64,000 nucleotides of DNA from an uncultured cyanobacterium (lineage in GTDB: Bacteria > Cyanobacteriota > Cyanobacteriia > Cyanobacteriales > Nostocaceae): positions 480,001 through 544,000 of the forward strand of contig CAVUDP010000001.1 of assembly GCA_963740315.1 (NCBI GenBank), written 5' to 3'. Position numbers and translations under genes: made by a program. Below, in pieces: positions 19,863 to 29,547 of this stretch (position 1 is its first letter; each line of letters starts with the position of its first letter). The notes under the pieces are model-generated. The model worked only from the letters and a program-made list of their open reading frames with translations. It did not search any database and was not told the origin of the DNA.

Positions 19863-20582
19863 TTAGGTTATGGATTTACTAGTACAGTGCTTTCTTGATA
19901 ATTTTAAATTGTCCTATGAAAATTAGCTAGATGTACGTAGAGATAGATTAAGAGAGTAAGATTACCTAGTGGAAATTGCTGTTGTTTAGTCTTATATCAG
20001 TAGTTAGACTAAGTAGCAACTGTAAGAGTTGTTTTGCACAGTTTTGGAATTTCCAAGGTCATTAGGGACATCTGTTTTCTCAATAATTTTAATAAAATAT
20101 TTCAGGGTGCGATCGGTTTCTTTATATAAAAAAATACAATAATATAATAAGCAATCCTTAGATATTACTTAATTAGATAAAATACTAGCTACAAAATAAT
20201 TTATCACAAATATTATTAAAATTTAAAAGCATAATTTTTTGTAATAGAAACGGATAAATTACCCATATAAAATATTTTTTTACTTAAATGAATTGTGTCT
20301 AAGCTGAATGCATAATTCTTAACAAGACTTAATGCATAGGATTCATAATTTAAAAATAAAGAACTATCAAAGTTTGAAAGTAACCTATAGAATTTGGTAC
20401 TTTTGCAATACGATGGTGGTTAAAAACTGGGAATGTTAAATATCAAGCGCCGCGATCGGTATCAGGTCTGCATGTTAAAGGTTAAAGGTCTGCATGTCAA
20501 AGGTGAAAATTTGTAACTCCTAACTTTTCCCCCCATCTCCCCCTCTCCCCATCTCCCCCTCTCCCCCTCTCCCCCTCTCCCC

Positions 20583-20635
20583 AAAGGTTACTGAGCAGTT
20601 CGACGTAGCTCACTGTAAGACTTGTCGAAGTACTC
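20583..20635 (-). repeat. 53-bp nested hairpin element (copy 1 of 8) within a C-rich STRR tract
   Basis: Reverse complement of gagtacttcgacaagtcttacagtgagctacgtcgaactgctcagtaaccttt. Confidence 0.95.
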
Positions 20636-20937
20636 CCCATCTCCCCATCCCCCCATCCCTCTCCCAAAAGACGGAAAACCAACCTTCCCCAGGTCGGGCT
20701 TTACGGCGCGGCATTGAGGACGAAATGATACTATTAGTTTAGATAAATATAAGTTCTTTGTTAAAACCAATTGTTTAGTAAGCTCACTTGCTCGTATTTC
20801 TACTGTTTTTGAGTTAATTCTCTTGGAATGCGTTTTTGTGGAGCTAAAAAAAAAGCTCATCAAAGGTAACAGTACTTATAATCATTGCCATCATCTATAA
20901 TTCTTTCTTCCAAGCGATCCGTTAATTTAAAGAAGCC

Positions 20938-23730
20938 ATGCTAAAAACCTTGTTGGGCGACCCCAACGCTCGTAAGCTAAAAAAATACCAACCATCAATT
21001 ACTGAAATTACTCTCTTAGAGGAAGACATTAAAGTTCTTTCCGATCAAGAGCTTAAGGCTAAAACACCAGAGTTTAAACAACGTCTTGCTAAAGGCGAAT
21101 CCCTTGATGATATCCTTCCCGAAGCTTTTGCCGTAACTAGGGAAGCTGCAAGGCGAGTTTTAGCAATGCGTCACTTTGACGTGCAGCTATTGGGTGGGAT
21201 GATTCTGCACAAGGGACAAATTACTGAAATGAAAACCGGGGAAGGTAAAACCCTGGTTGCGACATTACCTAGCTATGTAAATGCTTTAACTGGTAAAGGC
21301 GTACACGTAATTACCGTTAACGATTACTTAGCCCGTCGTGATGCTGAGTGGATGGGACAAGTACACCGTTTCTTAGGATTGACTGTAGGACTAATTCAGT
21401 CCAGCATGACACCCGTGGAACGAAAGAAAAATTATGAATGCGATATTACCTATGTTACCAACAGTGAAATAGGTTTCGACTACCTGCGGGATAACATGGC
21501 AACGTCGATGGCGGATGTAGTACAGCGTCCGTTTAATTATTGCGTAATTGACGAAGTAGATTCGATTTTAATTGATGAAGCTAGAACTCCGTTGATTATT
21601 TCCGGTCAGGTAGAAAGACCAACCGAGAAATACGTCAAAGCTGCTCAAATTGCCAATGCATTGCTTAAAGGAGAACAGGAAGATTACGAAGTAGACGAAA
21701 AAGCTCGTAACGTACTGTTGACCGACGAAGGCTTCCAGAAGGCAGAAGAACTTTTAGAAGTAACCGATTTATTCGACCCCGAAGATCCTTGGGCGCACTT
21801 TATATTTAACGCCATTAAAGCCAAGGAACTGTTTTTACCAGACGTAAACTACATTCTTCGTAATGGGGAAGTAGTAATTGTAGATGAATCTACTGGTAGG
21901 GTATTACCGGGAAGACGTTGGAGTGACGGTTTACACCAAGCCATTGAAGCAAAAGAACGTGTAGAGATTCAGCCAGAAACTCAAACCCTAGCTTCGATTA
22001 CCTATCAAAACTTGTTTTTGCTGTATCCCAAATTAGGTGGAATGACAGGAACCGCAAAAACAGAAGAAGTAGAATTTGAAAAAATTTACAAATTAGAAGT
22101 AAGTATAATTCCTACCAACCGAATCAGGCAGCGTAAAGACTTGCCAGATATGGTATTTAAGACAGAAGTTGGTAAATGGAAGGCGATCGCTAAAGAATGT
22201 GCCGAAATGCACGAAACCGGCAGACCTGTTTTGGTAGGAACTACAAGCGTAGAAAAATCGGAATATCTCAGCAAATTATTGAAAGAGATTGGCATTCCTC
22301 ACGAATTGCTCAACGCCAGACCGGAAAACGTCGAACGGGAAGCCGAAATTGTCGCTCAAGCCGGACGCGGGGCAATGGTAACGATCGCCACCAACATGGC
22401 TGGTAGAGGAACGGACATTATTTTGGGTGGTAACGCCGAATATATGGCGCGTTTAAAAGTTCGGGAATTCTTAATGCCTCGAATTGTCCAGCCAGAAGAC
22501 GAGGATGTATTTTCGCCTCGTAGAGCAACTTTACCGAATGATACTGGTGGCGGACATGGTTTCGTTCCCGGTAAAAAAGTCAAAACCTGGAAAGCTTCGC
22601 CCAAAGTATTCCCCACACAGATAAGTAAAGAAGCCGAAAATATTCTCAAAGAAGCAGTAGAAGTTGCTGTCAAAGAATTTGGCGAACGTAGCTTATCCGA
22701 ACTCGAAGCCGAAGACAAAATAGCGGTTGCAGCCGAGAAAGCGCCAACTGAAAACCCCGTAATTCAGAAAATACGCCAAGCCTACAACCGCGTCAAAGAA
22801 GAATACGAAGCATTTACCGACGCAGAACACGATAAAATTATTTCCTTGGGCGGTTTACACGTAATTGGTACCGAACGCCACGAATCGCGGCGGATTGATA
22901 ACCAATTGCGGGGACGTGCTGGAAGACAAGGGGACCCCGGTTCCACCAGATTTTTCTTAAGTTTAGAAGACAACTTAATGAGAATATTCGGTGGCGATCG
23001 CGTTGCCGGTTTAATGAATATGTTCCGTGTAGAGGAAGATATGCCCATCGAATCGGGTATGTTAACTCGCAGTTTAGAAGGTGCCCAGAAAAAAGTCGAA
23101 ACCTACTATTACGACATTCGTAAACAGGTATTCGAGTACGACGAAGTAATGAACAACCAGCGTAGAGCAATTTACGCCGAACGTCGTCGAGTATTAGAAG
23201 GGCAAGACTTGAAAGAACAGGTAATTAAATATGCCGAGAAAACGATGGATGACATCGTTGATTATTACGTCAACCCAGACTTACCATCGGAAGAATGGGA
23301 ATTAGAAAAATTAACTGAAAAGGTCAAAGAATTTGTTTATCTGCTATCGGACTTACAAGCTTCTCATTTAGAAGATATGTCCATGAGCGAGATGAAAGCC
23401 TTTTTACACGAACAAGTTCGCATCGCTTACGACATGAAAGAAGCCGAAGTTGACCAAATTCAACCCGGATTAATGCGTCAAGCAGAGCGATTCTTTATCC
23501 TACAGCGAATTGACACCTTATGGCGCGAACATTTGCAGCAAATGGAAGCCTTAAGAGAGTCCGTAGGATTGCGCGGTTACGGTCAAAAAGACCCCTTAAT
23601 TGAATATAAGAGCGAAGGTTACGAACTATTCCTGGATATGATGACAAACATCCGCCGCGATGTAGTTTACTCCTTGTTTATGTTCCAACCACAGCCACAG
23701 CCTACAGTGGAAACATCACAAATGGTTTAA
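20938..23730 (+). CDS. secA: Preprotein translocase ATPase SecA
   Basis: [35 protein letters not shown] and [18 protein letters not shown]. Confidence 0.99.
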   Translation: MLKTLLGDPNARKLKKYQPSITEITLLEEDIKVLSDQELKAKTPEFKQRLAKGESLDDILPEAFAVTREAARRVLAMRHFDVQLLGGMILHKGQITEMKTGEGKTLVATLPSYVNALTGKGVHVITVNDYLARRDAEWMGQVHRFLGLTVGLIQSSMTPVERKKNYECDITYVTNSEIGFDYLRDNMATSMADVVQRPFNYCVIDEVDSILIDEARTPLIISGQVERPTEKYVKAAQIANALLKGEQEDYEVDEKARNVLLTDEGFQKAEELLEVTDLFDPEDPWAHFIFNAIKAKELFLPDVNYILRNGEVVIVDESTGRVLPGRRWSDGLHQAIEAKERVEIQPETQTLASITYQNLFLLYPKLGGMTGTAKTEEVEFEKIYKLEVSIIPTNRIRQRKDLPDMVFKTEVGKWKAIAKECAEMHETGRPVLVGTTSVEKSEYLSKLLKEIGIPHELLNARPENVEREAEIVAQAGRGAMVTIATNMAGRGTDIILGGNAEYMARLKVREFLMPRIVQPEDEDVFSPRRATLPNDTGGGHGFVPGKKVKTWKASPKVFPTQISKEAENILKEAVEVAVKEFGERSLSELEAEDKIAVAAEKAPTENPVIQKIRQAYNRVKEEYEAFTDAEHDKIISLGGLHVIGTERHESRRIDNQLRGRAGRQGDPGSTRFFLSLEDNLMRIFGGDRVAGLMNMFRVEEDMPIESGMLTRSLEGAQKKVETYYYDIRKQVFEYDEVMNNQRRAIYAERRRVLEGQDLKEQVIKYAEKTMDDIVDYYVNPDLPSEEWELEKLTEKVKEFVYLLSDLQASHLEDMSMSEMKAFLHEQVRIAYDMKEAEVDQIQPGLMRQAERFFILQRIDTLWREHLQQMEALRESVGLRGYGQKDPLIEYKSEGYELFLDMMTNIRRDVVYSLFMFQPQPQPTVETSQMV

Positions 23731-23787
23731 CGATTTTAGATTGTAGGAATATTAAGCAGCCGGGTTTTAAACACCCGGTTTTATTAT

Positions 23788-23842
23788 GTTCGTAGTAAGG
23801 ACTTCAGTCCTAAAACCGAGGACTAAAGTCCTTACTACAAAC
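23788..23842. repeat. REP-like palindrome (gttcgtagtaaggact...agtccttactacaaac)
   Basis: Inverted repeat; related copies at 62814-63081. Confidence 0.75.
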
Positions 23843-23871
23843 CCTTAATAATTATTTTTGATTTTTCTTCC

Positions 23872-24198
23872 ATGAAACTATTATTCCTATGCAGTCAAAA
23901 TAAATTACGCAGTCCAACGGCAGAAGCTATTTTTTCCGAATACGAAAGTAATAAAGTATAATCTGCCGGTTTAAATAAAGATGCAGAAATACCATTGTCA
24001 GCAGAAATGATTGAACGAGCTGATATTATTTTTGTAATGGAAAAGTCACATAGAAATAAATTATCGAAAAAATATAAATCATTTCTCAAGGATAAACGAG
24101 TAGTATGTTTAGATATTCCCGACGAATATGATTATATGGACTCAGATTTGATTAAAATACTAAAGAATAAAGTCTTACCATTGTTAGGAACGTTTTAA
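23872..24198 (+). pseudogene. Low-molecular-weight protein tyrosine phosphatase-like gene with an in-frame TAA at 23959-23961
   Basis: MKLLFLCSQNKLRSPTAE (CX5R P-loop)...KV*SAGL...VCLDIPDEYDYMD, all in one frame. Confidence 0.85.
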
Positions 24199-24363
24199 AA
24201 TTAATGATTAAGGGAGTAGGGAGTAGGGAGTAGAAAGTAGGGAATAGAAAAATCCAAACATCATTAAAAGAATTAAACTACTTTATTAATAGATATAAAA
24301 AAATAGTTTATTTTACCAATACCCAATGCCCAATTCGCAACGCCCAATTCCCTAACAATTATT

Positions 24364-25104
24364 ATGAACGCATCAGGAATAAAAATCATCTTAGTAGAAC
24401 CAGCAGGACCATTAAATGTCGGTTCTGTAGCGCGAGTGATGAAAAACTTTGCACTTCATAAACTGGTTTTAGTTAACCCCCAATGCGATTATTTAGGGGA
24501 AGAAGCCACGCTCATGGCAGTTCATGCTAAAGACGTTTTAGAAACAGCAGTGTCGGTAGCGACATTACCCGAAGCGTTGCAGGGTTGCAAAAGAGCGATC
24601 GCCACAACAGCAAGAACCCGAGACTTTAATATTCCTTTGCAAAATCCCCGCGAAGTATTACCTTGGTTATTAGAAGCAGGATCTCAACCAGCAGCATTAA
24701 TTTTCGGTAGGGAAGACAGAGGTTTGAGCAACGAAGAATTAAACTACGCTCAAAAATTTATGCGTATTCCTACTGATTCCGGATATGCATCCTTGAATTT
24801 AGCTTCCGCCGTAGCAATTAGCTGTTATGAATTAGCGCAAACTCAACAGCTTTCAAGGGAATATACAGATAAAACTGATGCTTCAGATAACGAACTCGCA
24901 TCATTAGAGGTTGTGGAAGGATACTACAAACAGTTAGAATCACTACTGCTGTCTATTGAGTATCTTTATCCCCATACCGCTAGCAGTCGTATGGAAAAAT
25001 TTCGGCAATTGTATAATCGCGCTGGGCTGCAAACCCAAGAAGTTGCTATGCTAAGAGGTATTTTACGGCAGATGCAGTGGGCGCTGACACAATCCGGATT
25101 ATAA
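24364..25104 (+). CDS. SPOUT RNA methyltransferase, TrmJ/LasT family
   Basis: LVEPAGPLNVGSVARVMKNF, IFGREDRGLSNEEL and SLNLA motifs. Confidence 0.93.
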   Translation: MNASGIKIILVEPAGPLNVGSVARVMKNFALHKLVLVNPQCDYLGEEATLMAVHAKDVLETAVSVATLPEALQGCKRAIATTARTRDFNIPLQNPREVLPWLLEAGSQPAALIFGREDRGLSNEELNYAQKFMRIPTDSGYASLNLASAVAISCYELAQTQQLSREYTDKTDASDNELASLEVVEGYYKQLESLLLSIEYLYPHTASSRMEKFRQLYNRAGLQTQEVAMLRGILRQMQWALTQSGL

Positions 25105-25275
25105 GAATCGATCGATGAATAATGAATATCGATCGCGTGGGCGTATTACCCCCCACCCAAAATTTTTAATAATAGCTTAAACTAAACACAAAAATGCTAT
25201 ATAGGGTGATTTGAGAAGAGGCGTGAAGTTCGTTCGTACAGTATTTACAGAGTAAGTGGGTTAGAAGGAGTAGCG

Positions 25276-26781
25276 GTGTCAGAACCAAGTTACAAATTTA
25301 CAGCATCTGGGCGGCGACAACCCACAAAGCGCCGTCAAAAAGTGCGTAAAGTTCAAAAACCAGTAGGAAAGCAGCGTCCGCCTCAACAAGGGGGAATTTC
25401 GCGTGTAGTAATTAGTCCTTCCTCAAGTAGTGCGAAAAAACCCCGAAAGCGACAAAGGGTAGAAGCGCCAGCCGAGACTTGGTTGAGAAAAAAAGCATCT
25501 CAAACAGCACCTAGTGGAATGAAATCGGCTGCTACAAATGGTAAGATTCCACCCTTAAGGTTCAACAAACGAGTAACTAAAAGGGTAAAACTATCTAACA
25601 AAACTCGCCTCAAGCCAATGGCGAGAACCATGCTGTATATATTGCGTTTATTAATTGTAGGAGTCGGTATTGGCGCAATTGTCGGTACCGTATTATCAGT
25701 ATTAGATCCAGCTACTCAAGTAACGAAGGCTAACCCATCAAATTTAGAACAAAATCAACCGCAAGCCGCTTCTAATAGTCAAGGATTCTATTTAACCCAA
25801 GAAATAATTCCTCTCAAAAGTGCCGTCCAAAATCTTGCAACTGCTAACCCAAAATTGACACCTGGAGTTTTCATAGCAGATTTAGATACTGGTACTTATG
25901 TAGATTTAAACTCCAGCAACTCATTTTCAGCCGCTAGCACAATTAAATTACCCATACTTGTTGCCTTTTTCCAAGATGTAGATGCAGGAAAAATTCAACT
26001 AAATGAAACGCTAGTCATGGAACAGAACATGGTTGCAGGAGGTTCTGGCGATATGAAAAGCCAACCAGTAGGAAGCAAATTCACGGCTTTAGATGTCGCA
26101 AGCAAAATGATGATAACTAGCGACAACACCGCCACAAATATGATCATTGCTCGTATGGGTGGAATAGAAGCCTTAAATCAAAGATTTCGCAGTTGGGGAT
26201 TAACAGCTACAGTACTCCGCAATCAACTACCCGATATCCAAGGAACTAATACCACCAGCCCTAAAGAATTGGGTAACGTAATGGCAATGCTGAGTAAAGG
26301 GAACTTAGTTACAAATCCAGTATCCCGCAACAGCATACTTGAAATCATGCGTCGCAACCAAAGACGGCATCTATTACCCAAAGGTTTGGGTGCGGGGGCA
26401 AATATTGCTAATAAAACGGGTTATATTGGCGCAATGTTGGGTGATGTTGGATTAATTGAATTACCCACAGGTAAGCGCTACGTTGTAGCCGTCATGGTAC
26501 AGCGTCCTAGAAATGACCCAAGTGCCGAAACTTTAATTACCTCAGTGTCCAGTTTAGCGTACCAATACTTTAGTCAAGCCGCCGCGATTCCAGGAATAAA
26601 TGGAACTAATCTTCCACCAAGCATTAATTCTCCTTATTTAAATAATCCATCCACGGGAACTAACCTTTATCAACCTCCGCTTCCGAATCCCGTTCCCAAC
26701 GGTGTAAATAATACAATGCCCATAACAACTTATCCGCAAAACGGGTACAATTCGCAGTATTATTATCCTTATCAAAGATAA
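25276..26781 (+). CDS. Class A beta-lactamase-like serine hydrolase with N-terminal TM
   Basis: AASTIK (SxxK), SDN and KTG motifs. Confidence 0.88.
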   Translation: MSEPSYKFTASGRRQPTKRRQKVRKVQKPVGKQRPPQQGGISRVVISPSSSSAKKPRKRQRVEAPAETWLRKKASQTAPSGMKSAATNGKIPPLRFNKRVTKRVKLSNKTRLKPMARTMLYILRLLIVGVGIGAIVGTVLSVLDPATQVTKANPSNLEQNQPQAASNSQGFYLTQEIIPLKSAVQNLATANPKLTPGVFIADLDTGTYVDLNSSNSFSAASTIKLPILVAFFQDVDAGKIQLNETLVMEQNMVAGGSGDMKSQPVGSKFTALDVASKMMITSDNTATNMIIARMGGIEALNQRFRSWGLTATVLRNQLPDIQGTNTTSPKELGNVMAMLSKGNLVTNPVSRNSILEIMRRNQRRHLLPKGLGAGANIANKTGYIGAMLGDVGLIELPTGKRYVVAVMVQRPRNDPSAETLITSVSSLAYQYFSQAAAIPGINGTNLPPSINSPYLNNPSTGTNLYQPPLPNPVPNGVNNTMPITTYPQNGYNSQYYYPYQR

Positions 26782-26827
26782 ATTAAATAGAGTTTGGGTA
26801 ATTACCAATTACCAATTACCAATTACC

Positions 26828-27190
26828 ATGTCCACTCCTTCAATTCAATTTTTTGCTGGCATTAACGAGAAATTAGGAAACGTCAGCTTGCGTCGCAATC
26901 CTAATACTGGGAAACGCATAGTTTTAATGACATTTGACCAGTTACAAGCTTTAGAAAAATTCAATAGCTTTACCAAAAAATCCTTAAATACAATGCTTTT
27001 AACCGACGAAGAAGGCGAAATTAGCGTAACTCCTTCTTCGACTAAATTTATCTTTGTTGGCGATGAAGGAGATGAATTAAAACGAGTTGATTGCCAATTT
27101 GAAATCGAACAAGATGACCATTGGGAAAGGTTTATGCGCTTTATGCATCGTTACGCCGATGCTAACGGTATGGCTTATGCGGACTCTTAA
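26828..27190 (+). CDS. psb28: Photosystem II assembly factor, Psb28 family
   Basis: SIQFF, DEEGEISV and WERFMRFMHRYA motifs. Confidence 0.9.
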   Translation: MSTPSIQFFAGINEKLGNVSLRRNPNTGKRIVLMTFDQLQALEKFNSFTKKSLNTMLLTDEEGEISVTPSSTKFIFVGDEGDELKRVDCQFEIEQDDHWERFMRFMHRYADANGMAYADS

Positions 27191-27247
27191 GGAGTTAGGA
27201 GTTAGGAATTAGGAGTTAGGAGTTAGGAGTTAGGAATTAGGAGTTAG
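27191..27247. repeat. STRR heptamer tandem (ggagtta)n
   Basis: Directly visible; similar tracts near 32160-32227, 33990-34032, 46770-46858 and 26800-26826. Confidence 0.9.
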
Positions 27248-27365
27248 AAGGAAGAAAATAAATAATTATAATTAGTTTTCTCGTAAAAAAAAATTAATTG
27301 CTTCCCTTGCCCTCTCCCCATCTCCTTGTCTCCTTGTCCCCTTGTCCCCCATGCCAAATGCCCAA

Positions 27366-28430
27366 TCAAGTCCAATATAGAATTTTGGCTGACACAAAAC
27401 GTTCTGCGATCGCACTTTCAAAAAATGCCCGCAATTCTTTCATGGTGTCTTTATCGTAAACATATTTGACACCTCCGAATTTATTGCGTTTAACGCTGCG
27501 GGTTGACTCATCTAGATCGAGTTTGCTGTTAGGATACCATTGCTGCAATACTCCTTTTGAACCGGGGGTGAAGCGATGGGAAATCAATTCAAAAGTTAGA
27601 TCGCACTCGAAATTAAGAGTAGCTTTCGCAGCGTCAAGAAGTTGCGTATATTCTTCACGCCAATTTTCAATCGGCATAATCGGCGCGATAACAAAGCCGA
27701 TTTTATAACCCGCAAGCGCTAACTTACGAATTGACTGCAATCGCTGCATTACAGAAGCCGTACCACCTTCCAACGTCCGCGAAATTGAAGCCGCATTAAC
27801 GCTAAAACGACAGCGAGTATTACCGTTATGAGGTAGCGCTAATAAATCATCTACATTGTCAAACTTCGTTACCCAGCGCAACGTTGCGCGATCGCGAGTA
27901 CCAAAGTAGCGAATACATTCAGCTAAACTTCCAGTTAAATGTTCAATACCTAAAGGATCTGTGTAGCAGCTAACTTCATAACTAGTTGATTTTTCTGAGT
28001 CTTCATAATTTTTGAGATTATCTAAAATTTGAGGTAAATTTGCGTAAGCCCGAATTACTGGCGGTCCTTGCAAACTACCCGCTAAGTAACAATACTGACA
28101 ATGAGCCGGACATCCTTGAGCAAGATGAAACTGCCAATCGGCTGAAGGTGGAATTGGACTAAGTTTAAACTGGCTCGCTGGTGCCGTGACAACTGCTAAA
28201 GTACGCTTGGATGTAGCGTAGGTTTCCCGTTCCGTTTCTCCCCGCAAACCCGCAATCCGATTTTGTTTCAGCTTTTGAACCGGAAGTCCTAAAGATTCGA
28301 CACGTGCCAAAATTTGCCGTCCCCAATCCTCATCTAAAGCCGCCGGGGTAAACAACACCTGTTCCGGCATCCACAAACGGTGGCGATCGTCTGTATTAAT
28401 AGGCAGTGACTGAGGAAGATTGGCAACCAT
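27366..28430 (-). CDS. Spore photoproduct lyase family radical SAM protein
   Basis: CPAHCQYC (CX3CX2C), YEVSCYTD, WVTKF and HRFT motifs. Confidence 0.88.
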   Translation of the reverse strand: MVANLPQSLPINTDDRHRLWMPEQVLFTPAALDEDWGRQILARVESLGLPVQKLKQNRIAGLRGETERETYATSKRTLAVVTAPASQFKLSPIPPSADWQFHLAQGCPAHCQYCYLAGSLQGPPVIRAYANLPQILDNLKNYEDSEKSTSYEVSCYTDPLGIEHLTGSLAECIRYFGTRDRATLRWVTKFDNVDDLLALPHNGNTRCRFSVNAASISRTLEGGTASVMQRLQSIRKLALAGYKIGFVIAPIMPIENWREEYTQLLDAAKATLNFECDLTFELISHRFTPGSKGVLQQWYPNSKLDLDESTRSVKRNKFGGVKYVYDKDTMKELRAFFESAIAERFVSAKILYWT

Positions 28431-28854
28431 AAAAATCTATTATTTAAGGATTTAAACTACTGTCTCTAATTTGACAATTTAAGCTGCATAAAAAATCCTC
28501 TTAGAAGTATATTTTTATCAACTGTAAGTAGTATATAGGTACTGTTTAGAATCATCCAGATGATAGACAGTTTTTACAACTTATTGTAGATTACCCTTCT
28601 ATAGTACGATTTACCGATTTATCGATGAAGACTGAGTTAAAAAGCGGCGTTGAAGCCCATAGATACAAGTAAATATAGAATTCAAAAACAATAATTTATA
28701 ATTCGATCCAGATTAACAGTTGCCAATGTACCTTGCATTTCGCTAGAATCTTTAGGCTTTAGGCAAGTATTTTAGGATTAATGATGGCTGTTCCGCGTGT
28801 GCCATCACGAAAACCCACACTGCTTGATTTTACAGAAAATAGAGAAAGAAAAAG

Positions 28855-29316
28855 ATGGCGAAACGCATACAGTTAGTTTTAAATGAAGATGTTAACAAAT
28901 TAGGGAAATTAGGCGACTTAATAGACGTAGCCCCTGGTTATGCTCGTAATTACTTACTTCCTAAAAATTTGGCAACTTTCGTAACTCCTGGTATTCTTAA
29001 ACAAGTTGAACGTCGTAAAGAATTAGAACGTCAGCGTCAAGAAGAATTGAAGCAAAAAGCTGTTGAACAAAAAACAGCTTTGGAAAATGTTGGTAGCTTC
29101 AAAATTGCCAAACAAGTTGGTGAAAACAACTCGATTTTTGGTACAGTCACCACCCAAGATGTGGCTGATATCATTCAAGGTACTACTGAAATGGAAGTAG
29201 ATAGACGCGGTATTACCATCCCCGATATTGGTAGCTTGGGTACTTATCAAGCTGAAATCAAACTATATTCTGACGTGACTGCAAAAGTTAATTTTGAAGT
29301 TGTTGCCAGCGAGTAA
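28855..29316 (+). CDS. rplI: 50S ribosomal protein L9
   Basis: [21 protein letters not shown] and IFGTVT motifs. Confidence 0.98.
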   Translation: MAKRIQLVLNEDVNKLGKLGDLIDVAPGYARNYLLPKNLATFVTPGILKQVERRKELERQRQEELKQKAVEQKTALENVGSFKIAKQVGENNSIFGTVTTQDVADIIQGTTEMEVDRRGITIPDIGSLGTYQAEIKLYSDVTAKVNFEVVASE

Positions 29317-29547
29317 TTTTAATTACCTATTGCTGAAAATTTGATACTACGGTTAATCACGAAAAACCATAGATAAATTAGATACATTTGTATTTATTTC
29401 TAAAATCTATGGTTTAATTATTTCAAAATTATTCATTATGTGTAGAGATGTTGCACCGCAATGTCTCTACATATTATTTGAGGACTATTCGCACTTTGAT
29501 GGGCAATAGTTCAATTGTTTTGTATTATAAAATTTACTATCCGATTT

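Noticed and set aside
29380..29394. LexA-like box gatacatttgtatt upstream of dnaB
   Set aside because: Weak match in AT-rich DNA; not distinguishable from background
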